From Candidatus Pacebacteria bacterium UBA1364 (GTDB lineage: Bacteria; Patescibacteriota; Microgenomatia; UBA1400; PJMF01), in NCBI GenBank assembly GCA_002306345.1, contig DBRQ01000009.1:1-55870 (forward strand): 55,870 nt of DNA, read 5' to 3'. The position numbers and the translations under genes are program-made. The notes beneath the pieces are model-generated. The model saw only the letters and a program-made list of their open reading frames with translations, did no database searches and was not told the origin of the DNA. How positions within the stretch are numbered: position 1 is the stretch's first letter; each line of letters starts with the position of its first letter. Shown here piece by piece: positions 40,951 through 49,217 of this stretch.

Positions 40951-42278
40951 AAGATTCTTTCTGCCTTTAGACCAGTGAGTTTCTCCCAGCGTTTGCGAAT
41001 AACCTCAGCGTAAGTAGGGCATTTTTCCATTACAAAACAGCGACGCTTTAATTTAGCTGCCGCAATTAAGGTTGAACCACTGCCACCGAAGGGTTCAAAG
41101 AGTAGATCTCCACGCTTAGTTAGAACTTTAATGTAGGGAATAAGAATCTCAATCGGTTTGGTGCCAAAGACTACTCCCTGACCAGAACTCTTTTCATCGG
41201 AAGCATTGAACTCAATAAAGTCAGTGGGCTGAATCTTTTTGCCTTTATCGTAGCCTTCCCATTGTGGTTTACCTGAGATGGCATAGAGGGCGGTTTCATA
41301 TTCTTCTTGCAAGCCATCAACTTCCTCACTTAAGTTGTAGGGCACATCAGCATCTTGAGAAGCTCCAACCATAGCAATGTCATGTTTGCTAAAGAATTTG
41401 TACTTAGCACTAAAACCTTGGTGGCGATTGGGTATGTGCCAAACAAGCATGTTTTTAACTTTCCAATGTTTTTCCATCTCCGCCCAGATGGTGCGTAGGT
41501 TTTTCCAGTTTTCGTAGACAATGATAGAGAAGTGTTCAGCTTGAACTTTAGCAACGTTATCCATCCACAGTTCTGTAAAATTGTCTGGTAGAGAGTCGGT
41601 CATTAAATACTTGCGATCTCTTTTATATCCAAACCCCTCGGTTGGTTTACCATGTTTTTGTTTACCGTGAAGATAGTCCAAAATATATGGAGGATCGGTC
41701 AAACATAGGTCTACTTTTTCTTCAGCAATTAGCTTTAAAACGTCTGGCTCATTTGTAGAATCGCCAATCATCAGTTTATTTTCGCCCAACTGATAAACTT
41801 CGCCAGTTTTCATGGTAATCTCAGAAATTTGTAGCTTAGCTAATTCTTTTTTAAGATCGAATTCTTCAGGAGTCTCTAGATCAAAGTCGAAGATACTATC
41901 AATTTCTTCACTGGTAAACCCAACGTCGCTGAGCATTTCTTCAGAGAATTCTTTAAGTAAATCGTAATCCCACTCTCCAGTAGCTCGGTTGAGTCTAAGG
42001 TTTAAGTCTTTCTCTTTTTCAATGTCAGGAATATTAAGAAAGATAACTGGCACCTCAGCAAAGCCAAGCTCTTTGGCAGCGGCTAATCTCATGTGTCCAC
42101 CAATGAGGGTATTTTTTCTCTCAGGAGCACAGTTGGCGATTAGTGGATCTACCAAACCATGTCTAGTAATGCTTTCTTTAAGCCTTTCTAGAGCGTCTTT
42201 ATCCCATTTTCTTGGGTTATAGGTGGCTGAGTTAAGCTCCTCAATTTTGATTTGTACTACATCAAGCTTGTTGTTCAT
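40947..42278 (-). CDS. ParB-like nuclease domain fused to an N6/N4 DNA methyltransferase
   Basis: ParB-N: NPRKW, GLVDPLI, GGHMRLAAAKELG. Methyltransferase: DPPY (LTDPPYILDY) followed by FEPFGGSGSTLIAA. Confidence 0.85.
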   Translation of the reverse strand: MNNKLDVVQIKIEELNSATYNPRKWDKDALERLKESITRHGLVDPLIANCAPERKNTLIGGHMRLAAAKELGFAEVPVIFLNIPDIEKEKDLNLRLNRATGEWDYDLLKEFSEEMLSDVGFTSEEIDSIFDFDLETPEEFDLKKELAKLQISEITMKTGEVYQLGENKLMIGDSTNEPDVLKLIAEEKVDLCLTDPPYILDYLHGKQKHGKPTEGFGYKRDRKYLMTDSLPDNFTELWMDNVAKVQAEHFSIIVYENWKNLRTIWAEMEKHWKVKNMLVWHIPNRHQGFSAKYKFFSKHDIAMVGASQDADVPYNLSEEVDGLQEEYETALYAISGKPQWEGYDKGKKIQPTDFIEFNASDEKSSGQGVVFGTKPIEILIPYIKVLTKRGDLLFEPFGGSGSTLIAAAKLKRRCFVMEKCPTYAEVIRKRWEKLTGLKAERIL

Positions 42279-42391
42279 AAGCTTTCTTTCTTCAAAAAGG
42301 TATTCAAATATTATTATTTAGATCAAAAAGTACCCTTTAATAATATTTTACTGATTTTGCATAAATTTTTTCTAAATTGCTCATCACAAAC

Positions 42392-42421
42392 AAAAACCCC
42401 GCCTGTTTAAGCGGGGTTTTA
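42392..42421. terminator. GC-rich hairpin flanked by A/T runs (bidirectional terminator)
   Basis: aaaaccccgc-ctgtttaa-gcggggtttt, lying between 42444..42935(-) and the ParB-methylase operon. Confidence 0.65.
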
Positions 42422-42443
42422 GAAGTTTTTACTTTAAGAATCT

Positions 42444-42935
42444 TTATTCAACGATCTGGCAGTCTTTGATCATAATGATGCCTAGACTTTGTTCGTTAAC
42501 TTTACCCTTTACCATAACAATCTGATCATTGGCTACATTAAGCAGGTCTTCTTTATTTTTGAAGAAGCATTGTATGCTTGTGCCTGTATAAAGGTTACCG
42601 ACACTGCTTGGTCTTACCATAATAAATGGGTTACCAGTAATATCTTCAGAGATGTTGGCAATTTTACCTTTTAACTGAACACCTTTGCCTTTATATTGGT
42701 TTTCTGCCGATAGCTGATTGGTGTCAAAAGCTTCTATAAACTTGGTAATATCTACTTCTTGGTAAGTTAGTTCTGTCTCAGCTGTTTTTTGCTCAGCATT
42801 AGAGCTATTTGAAGTAGAACTTTTGTCTGAAGAGCCGTTTGATCCAGCAATGGCAATGACTACAATAATAGCCAGTATTACTGTTAATACTTTATGTCTG
42901 GCAAACCAGTTCTTCTTTTTTTCTGGTTCTGGCAT
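42444..42935 (-). CDS. membrane-anchored OB-fold (tRNA_anti-like) protein
   Basis: N-terminal TM helix, a Ser-rich linker, then NQLSAENQYKGKGVQLKGKIANI, which resembles the tRNA_anti-like OB family. Confidence 0.5.
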   Translation of the reverse strand: MPEPEKKKNWFARHKVLTVILAIIVVIAIAGSNGSSDKSSTSNSSNAEQKTAETELTYQEVDITKFIEAFDTNQLSAENQYKGKGVQLKGKIANISEDITGNPFIMVRPSSVGNLYTGTSIQCFFKNKEDLLNVANDQIVMVKGKVNEQSLGIIMIKDCQIVE

Positions 42936-43042
42936 GGTTTTCCTTTCTTTTTTTAATTACTGAACCAATATTACCGCAACTACTCTAATAATGCTACAAG
43001 GAGAAGCTGTAAATCAGAGCTGTTTGCAAAGACAATGGATAC

Positions 43043-43270
43043 GTGGGAACAGCACTCAATACTACTAGCTTACATAGAGAATTTGGTAATAAGATCCAAC
43101 AGCTTCGTAAACAAAGAGGTTTGTCACAAGAAGATTTGGCATTTAAGGTTGGCGTAGATAGAAGCTATATGGGTTTTATTGAGCGTGGCGAAAAGAATGC
43201 AACCTTAGACAAAATTATCAAAATAGCTAAAGCTTTTAATATTAAAGTTAGAGATTTGTTTGATTTTTGA
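43043..43270 (+). CDS. XRE-family HTH transcriptional regulator
   Basis: LRKQRGLSQEDLAFKVGVDRSYMGFIERGEKNATLDKIIKIAKAF. GTG start. Confidence 0.8.
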   Translation: MGTALNTTSLHREFGNKIQQLRKQRGLSQEDLAFKVGVDRSYMGFIERGEKNATLDKIIKIAKAFNIKVRDLFDF

Positions 43271-43334
43271 GTTTTCCTATTTTGTTTACTTATACAAGAT
43301 TTTTCAACCTTTTTTGTTTGTGGACTGTAAGGTG

Positions 43335-43343
43335 TGCTATTAT
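43335..43343 (+). promoter_or_regulatory. extended -10 box TGcTATTAT, 11 nt before the ATG at 43355
   Basis: Read directly from the sequence. Argues for ATG 43355 rather than GTG 43334 as the helicase start. Confidence 0.4.
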
Positions 43344-43354
43344 CTATACAAATA

Positions 43355-45037
43355 ATGGAAGAAGAATCAAGATTAAAAGAAGATAGAAAAAAAGATTCGG
43401 ACAAGATTATAAAGTCGAAATATCCTAAAAGGGTTGTTGTTGCTGGTCCAGGAACAGGTAAAAGTTTTCTTTTTAAGAAAATAATTGAAGAAGAGGTTAA
43501 GAATGGTAGTACCAACTTCTTAGTTATTACTTTTATGGGAAAACTTTGTGATGAACTAGCTGATGAATTAGCCGGTTTATCTAAGGTTTTTACTTTACAT
43601 GGTTTTGCTAGAGAATTTTTATTTAGTCAGTTAAGTAACAAAGATGAATGGGTTTATCAAACAAATATAAAGGATATTATTTTTGAAGATTTAAAAATTA
43701 ATAGTATAGATAATTGCAAAATTGAAGATGATTCTTATCATGAAAGAACTAAGTATTATAAAGCAGTTGGACACGATGATGTTATTTTTTATGCAAATAA
43801 AATTTTAAAGAAAAAAGATAAAGTACCAAAATACGATTTAATACTAATTGATGAGTTTCAGGACTTTAATGAGTCTGAAGCTCAATTAATAGATCTGCTC
43901 GCAGAAAAAAATAGAATAATAATAGTTGGAGATGATGACCAAGCTTTATATGACTTTAAGGGTTCGTTTTCAAAATTTATTTGTGACAAGTATGATGAAA
44001 AAAATCAAGATTTTGAAAGCCATTGTTTAAAATATTGCTCTAGATGTACTGAAGTAATAATAAGCGCTTTTCACAGAATTGTTGACTTTTATAAGGATAA
44101 AGGAAGGCTTAAAGATAGAATTAGCAATAAAGAGTATGTTTGTTTTTATCCTGAAAAAAATAATGACAACAAAAATAATCAAAAAATTATTTTAATAGAA
44201 AATATTCCTATAGGTAGTATTCACAAAAAAATTAAAAGTGAATTAGAAACTTTACTGAAAAATCAAAAAATAAAATCAGTTTTGATTTTAGGTGAAGCTA
44301 CCAGTCTTTCTTCATCATTAAAAGAAATAGCACAAAGGTTAATAGAGCTTGGTTTTAGAAATGTTGAATCATCTTTAAACAATGATGTCTTTGGTTTTGA
44401 AAAGGATATTTTTGATGCTTATAAAATTTTTAACAAAAATAATAATTTAGCTTGGAGAATTATACTTAACAGTCTAAAAGATAGCATTGGAGAATCATAT
44501 TCAGAAATAATCAAAAAAAGTTTCGTAAAAGATTTTAAATTTGTTGATGAGTTACCGAAAGATGTTATAAAAAAACATAATAAAAATGCAAAAACCTTCA
44601 GCAATATAGTCTCAAAGACAAAATGTGGGAGAGATTTAATAGCGGATTCATCTATATCAGATTTAAGTAAGGATTTGGTAGATATTAAGAAAGAAGAAAG
44701 AGAATTAGTTATAGATCAAATTATTAAAGAGACCAAACATTTAAATAGGCCTTTGGCCAATCTAAGTATATCAGTATGTAGTATTTTAAAATCTAAGGGT
44801 TTGAGTGCAGATGTTGTTTTTTTGGTTGGCTTTGATAATGGTAAGTTGCCAAAGGATACTGATGCTAAAGATGGAGAAATTTATCAGATGCTAGTTGCTC
44901 TCACAAGAGCCAGAAAAAGAATATATCTTCTCAATACTATCGGTAGTTCTGTTTCAGAATTCGCAAAAGCAATAGGAGATGACTTAGTCGAAAAAAATAA
45001 GTTTGAAACAAAAAAAAGAAGTGAAGGACAATCCTAA
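43355..45037 (+). CDS. UvrD-like SF1 helicase/ATPase (compact, divergent)
   Basis: VVVAGPGTGKS (Walker A), LILIDEFQDFNE (motif II), IIIVGDDDQALYDFKG (motif III), C-terminal VVFLVGFDNGKLP and LVALTRARKRIYLL (motif VI region). Confidence 0.8.
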   Translation: MEEESRLKEDRKKDSDKIIKSKYPKRVVVAGPGTGKSFLFKKIIEEEVKNGSTNFLVITFMGKLCDELADELAGLSKVFTLHGFAREFLFSQLSNKDEWVYQTNIKDIIFEDLKINSIDNCKIEDDSYHERTKYYKAVGHDDVIFYANKILKKKDKVPKYDLILIDEFQDFNESEAQLIDLLAEKNRIIIVGDDDQALYDFKGSFSKFICDKYDEKNQDFESHCLKYCSRCTEVIISAFHRIVDFYKDKGRLKDRISNKEYVCFYPEKNNDNKNNQKIILIENIPIGSIHKKIKSELETLLKNQKIKSVLILGEATSLSSSLKEIAQRLIELGFRNVESSLNNDVFGFEKDIFDAYKIFNKNNNLAWRIILNSLKDSIGESYSEIIKKSFVKDFKFVDELPKDVIKKHNKNAKTFSNIVSKTKCGRDLIADSSISDLSKDLVDIKKEERELVIDQIIKETKHLNRPLANLSISVCSILKSKGLSADVVFLVGFDNGKLPKDTDAKDGEIYQMLVALTRARKRIYLLNTIGSSVSEFAKAIGDDLVEKNKFETKKRSEGQS

Positions 45038-46631
45038 AAAACAATATTACGAAGATTTATATGATCTTTTTACAATAAAAGAATGTCTTAGAGGTGTTGA
45101 GCTTTGGAAAAAGATTTATCAAAAAAGTAAGACCGCTAAAGAAATAAAAAAAGTTCCCAAGGAAGAATCTGCTCGTGCCTGTAATTTCATGTACAACATT
45201 CATATGCTGGTTACTAAAACTCAGCGATATAAAGATAGAGCGGCAACCATTCAGGGGTGGATTGATAGAGACAAAGCTAGGCAAGATAAGCTAGACAATA
45301 CTCCTGCTCCGAAAAATATAATTTGTCCTAATTGTCAGACTAAAATGGTTACGGATGATTTTAAGATTCTTGAAGATTGGGATAAAGGTGATGAGGTTAG
45401 AGTTTTATTCACATTTAATTGTCCAAAATGTAAAAAACGAGAAGGTATATATGACAATGGTGATAAGCATATTTCTAAACCAGCTCTCTGTCCAAAATGT
45501 CATAAAGAAATTAAAACCACTTTAAAACTAAAAAATAGAGTTTTAACTACCACGACTGAATGTTCTTCTTGTGGTTATAAAAATATTGATATTGATGATT
45601 GGGATAAAGAAGATGTTTGTAGAAAGGCTGAGAAAAAGGCAGATCAAGAATTACTAGATAAATATCGTAGGGAGTTTTGTTTATCTGATAAAGAGGGTCA
45701 AGAAAATATCGAAATGATGGAAGCTATGGATGTAGCTCATGAAGTTAGGTTAGAAACAATGGCTGAATATGACAATCCTGTTTATGAGAGAAAAATGCAA
45801 CTTAAAAAAACTTCAGTGACAGATTTAGAAAAGATTCTTAGTAAGAAAATGGAAGAAACTAATTTTTCTAAACTTAGTTTTGCTAGTCCTGAAATAGATC
45901 GATATGTAATTGTTCCTTTCACTGTACAAAACACCGATGTAAAAAGAAAAGATAGAGAGAGCGAATATCAGCTTAAAAAATTAATCAACCAAAATATCAA
46001 GGATACTAATTGGCGATTGGAGTCTAATGAGATTAGCTACCGATTAGGTTATTTAAGTGGCAGATTAAAGGGCTATGAGAGTGAAGAAGATTTACTTAAA
46101 TTAGCCGGTAAAGAAGAAACTAAAAAGCCTAAATCAAAAATAGATCCAGAAAAAAGACGTAAATATGAAAGCCATAGTTATGTCCAATTAGCACGTTTAT
46201 TTGGTGAGATAGATGCAAAAAGCAATATTAGAAAAAGAAGACTAAAAAATGAGCCAGAAGGTTTCTTTTTAGATGATGAAGAAGGTGGCGGTTATACTTG
46301 CGGTATTTGTGGTGGTTCTCATGAGGGTAAAGATATTTGGTGGCAAGAAGATGGTCTAAGATGTAGAGACTGCTGGAATAACATTAAAAAAGGTGTTATA
46401 CCAATGTTTAAGCTAGATGCTGAAGATTGGGAAAAAGAATTTTTAACTAGGTCAGATATTACCTATAAATATAAAATCCATCCTGCAACAATAGGTAAAA
46501 TGAGAAGGCATGGAGAGTTGGTTGGGAGAGATTTAAGAAATAAAGATGAATGGATTTATTGTGAGGTGTTTTTGGTGAAAGAGAATAAAAAATTTTTTAT
46601 AAAAGATAAAAATAAATATTTAGTAACTTAA
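45003..46631 (+). CDS. multi-zinc-ribbon protein with C-terminal excisionase-type HTH-like segment
   Basis: Three Cx2C...Cx2C pairs: CPNC/CPKC, CPKC/CSSC, CGIC/CRDC. C-terminal LTRSDITYKYKIHPATIGKMRRHGELVG. TTG or GTG start inside a 35-nt overlap with the helicase gene. Confidence 0.6.
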   Translation: MKQKKEVKDNPKKQYYEDLYDLFTIKECLRGVELWKKIYQKSKTAKEIKKVPKEESARACNFMYNIHMLVTKTQRYKDRAATIQGWIDRDKARQDKLDNTPAPKNIICPNCQTKMVTDDFKILEDWDKGDEVRVLFTFNCPKCKKREGIYDNGDKHISKPALCPKCHKEIKTTLKLKNRVLTTTTECSSCGYKNIDIDDWDKEDVCRKAEKKADQELLDKYRREFCLSDKEGQENIEMMEAMDVAHEVRLETMAEYDNPVYERKMQLKKTSVTDLEKILSKKMEETNFSKLSFASPEIDRYVIVPFTVQNTDVKRKDRESEYQLKKLINQNIKDTNWRLESNEISYRLGYLSGRLKGYESEEDLLKLAGKEETKKPKSKIDPEKRRKYESHSYVQLARLFGEIDAKSNIRKRRLKNEPEGFFLDDEEGGGYTCGICGGSHEGKDIWWQEDGLRCRDCWNNIKKGVIPMFKLDAEDWEKEFLTRSDITYKYKIHPATIGKMRRHGELVGRDLRNKDEWIYCEVFLVKENKKFFIKDKNKYLVT

Positions 46632-46636
46632 ATTTT

Positions 46637-47191
46637 ATGTCCAATATACAAATAACTAGAGAAATGGAACATTTAATGGACTTGGTAAGTAGCGGTAATT
46701 ACTCAGTGATTGCAATTGATGGAAATGATGGTGTTGGTAAATCAACGTTAGCTGATGCATTATCAAAAAAATTTGGATATAAGCATATCAATTTAGATAA
46801 CTTTCTAAGTAAAAAGAAGGGTGGTTATTTAAAATATTTAAACTTTAAAAACATTGAAGCTGAAGTCAGAAAACGTTCGAATAAGAAAATAGTTATTGAG
46901 GGGGTTTTGATGAAAAAGGTATTAGAAGAAATTAATGTTGATCCAGATATGTTCATTTATATATCTGACAACGTTTGGATATATCAATGGTCTGAGGAGT
47001 ATGACGGTGAGTATAGCAAGATGACATTTGAAGAAATTATTAAAGACGTTGAAGATAAGACAAATAGAATTTCTAGAATCGTTGATTCCAACCCAAAAAT
47101 TTACAAGCTAAATGGGTTACAGTTTGAATTATACGAATACGCTTTTAAATGTAAGCCATGGGAGAGTGCTGATTTAGTATATGTCAGGTAA
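46637..47191 (+). CDS. P-loop nucleoside/nucleotide-kinase-like protein
   Basis: VIAIDGNDGVGKSTLADAL (Walker A) and KKIVIEGVL (Walker B-like, as in uridine-kinase / dNK-type folds). Confidence 0.6.
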   Translation: MSNIQITREMEHLMDLVSSGNYSVIAIDGNDGVGKSTLADALSKKFGYKHINLDNFLSKKKGGYLKYLNFKNIEAEVRKRSNKKIVIEGVLMKKVLEEINVDPDMFIYISDNVWIYQWSEEYDGEYSKMTFEEIIKDVEDKTNRISRIVDSNPKIYKLNGLQFELYEYAFKCKPWESADLVYVR

Positions 47192-48200
47192 AAAACGAAC
47201 AAACAACACTGAATTAAAAACCAAGGTAGGTGAGGCTAAAAATGCTGAGGTAGCTGGTAGCTATTTTAGTGCAGCAATTTTATATAAAGAAGCACTTGTG
47301 CTTGCAAAAAAACTTGGTAATTCTGAATTGATAAAACTTTGTAAGTCAAAATCTGTAGAAATGAATAAAAAATCTATCGATTCTGGAAATGGTTTCAAAG
47401 AATATAAGTTTTCATATGAGTTCTCAGAAAAGCAAAAAGAAGATCTAAAAAAATTCATGATAGGCTTTCTTAAAGAAAAAGACAAAACAGTTGTTTTAAA
47501 AAGGATTGGATTGTCTTCATTTTTTATCCCAAAAGTAGATCAGATAGAATTAATTGCGAAAAACAACATGCCTATTTCTCATATATTCGCAACACTTAAT
47601 TCTATTTCTAATCAAGGTCATAATTTAAGAGGTGGATCTCTTGGCGGGTATTCATGGTTTATGTCTATGTATGATATTAATCAAGAAAACATAATGTCCA
47701 TGCTAAGTAATTTGATTTATTCTTTAATTTATAAAAATCAATATGGAGATAATATGAAAATATCTGAAATAAATGACTACTTTTCGCAGTCCCAACTATT
47801 TAATGATAGCCAATTGAAGATAGTCAAAGTTGGATTAAAAAAATATTATGAAGAGGACTACGTATCAGCTCTTCATATATTAGTTCCTCAGTTTGAATCA
47901 TTTCTGTTAAGTGTAGTCGAAAAACTTGGAATTAATATTGTTGCTTTGGACACGTCAATGGATATGGCAACTAGAACGAAGGTTTTATCAGAAAGAGATT
48001 TCGATTCTCAAGATTTTATTAATATATTTGGAAAAGATTTTTGCAAACAAATTAAATTTATATTGTTTGAGCCAATGGGATATAAATTGCGACACAAAAT
48101 AGCACACGGTGAAATATCGGCAAATGAGTGTAACTTTCAGAATGCAACACTTATTTTATATCTATATCTGGTAGTTTTAGCTAGAGTTGTGAAGAAGTAA
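47181..48200 (+). CDS. HEPN-motif protein (DUF4209-like by recollection)
   Basis: C-terminal YKLRHKIAHGE, giving an Rx4H motif at nt 48090..48107, preceded by LVPQFESFLLSVVEKLG. Overlaps the upstream gene by 11 nt. Confidence 0.6.
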   Translation: MSGKKRTNNTELKTKVGEAKNAEVAGSYFSAAILYKEALVLAKKLGNSELIKLCKSKSVEMNKKSIDSGNGFKEYKFSYEFSEKQKEDLKKFMIGFLKEKDKTVVLKRIGLSSFFIPKVDQIELIAKNNMPISHIFATLNSISNQGHNLRGGSLGGYSWFMSMYDINQENIMSMLSNLIYSLIYKNQYGDNMKISEINDYFSQSQLFNDSQLKIVKVGLKKYYEEDYVSALHILVPQFESFLLSVVEKLGINIVALDTSMDMATRTKVLSERDFDSQDFINIFGKDFCKQIKFILFEPMGYKLRHKIAHGEISANECNFQNATLILYLYLVVLARVVKK

Positions 48201-49217
48201 CTAAATCCATTTAAATAAATTGTATATATTGGTAAAATCTGGTTTTTTAATTGGTTCTAGAGCTTTTAAATCGACTAATGATTCAACCACATAGTTATAA
48301 AATACAATATCAGCAACTATTGACTGAGTTATCCAATTGCTGTAGATAAGTTCTGTAAATTTTATATTATCTCCATGAACAATTGAGTTCCTAAGTTTGT
48401 AAAATTTCCAGCACCACCATGCTGGATTGCTGAGTGTTTTATTATCCTTTTTCTTACCATATTTTCTTGTTCTTTTTTTAAACCTTGCTTCTGTTAGTTT
48501 TTTTTCAACAGACTCAGCAAAATAAATTGATTTATCTGAGATATTTGGTATATCTAAAATAATTTCAAACGCTGAAGCAAGCATTATTATTTTAAAAAAT
48601 GGGGAAACTGAATCATTTTCTATGTGTGCTAAACGAAACCATTCTAAGGATCTAAATAATCTATTTTTAAATCTTTTATTTTTTTGTGAATTAATTAATT
48701 TGTTTATTGCCAGTAGAACATCAATATTGATATTTCTAAAAAATCCACCAGTTGACCATGGTTTTTGAAAATTAACTTCCTTTAAGGTCCATCCTCCGCT
48801 TATAGCGCTTCCTGACCTTATTGCAATTCCATCACTTCCTGCTACAAAATTTTGATACTTCATATCAAAAATGTCAGCACTGGGAGGACCAACGCTGTAA
48901 TTATTCATATTTAGGGCAATTCTTGACTGTTCAGAAATGCATAGGAAACAAAGAATGTTTCTAGCAGAATTAACTTCTTGGTATTGTTCATTGGTTAGTT
49001 GCTTAAAGTTATTTTTATCTTTGAAAGAAACAATTGTAAGCTCTTTAACAGGTTGCAAATGCTCATCTACGTAACAATTTACGTATTCATCAAGATAATT
49101 TTTTATTTCTTGGTCGTGAACCAAATCAGATTTATATTTCCAAAATATTACATTACCTATTTGTAGGTTTTTTATAGAAATCCAAGGAAGCAAAGATACC
49201 TGATCAACTATGTCCAT
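48201..49217 (-). CDS. HEPN-motif protein (Abi/ApeA-like C-terminal domain)
   Basis: FYKLRNSIVHGDN, giving an Rx4H motif at nt 48375..48392 in an all-helical C-terminal region. Its stop codon abuts the stop of 47181..48200. Confidence 0.6.
   Translation of the reverse strand: MDIVDQVSLLPWISIKNLQIGNVIFWKYKSDLVHDQEIKNYLDEYVNCYVDEHLQPVKELTIVSFKDKNNFKQLTNEQYQEVNSARNILCFLCISEQSRIALNMNNYSVGPPSADIFDMKYQNFVAGSDGIAIRSGSAISGGWTLKEVNFQKPWSTGGFFRNINIDVLLAINKLINSQKNKRFKNRLFRSLEWFRLAHIENDSVSPFFKIIMLASAFEIILDIPNISDKSIYFAESVEKKLTEARFKKRTRKYGKKKDNKTLSNPAWWCWKFYKLRNSIVHGDNIKFTELIYSNWITQSIVADIVFYNYVVESLVDLKALEPIKKPDFTNIYNLFKWI

Noticed and set aside
43355-45037. Gabija (GajB-like UvrD helicase) or Hachiman (HamB helicase) assignment for the island helicase
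   Set aside because: No OLD-family ATPase-TOPRIM (GajA-like) or HamA-like partner is adjacent. The neighbours are a zinc-ribbon protein, a kinase-like protein and a HEPN-motif protein. Only a profile search can exclude a distant relationship.
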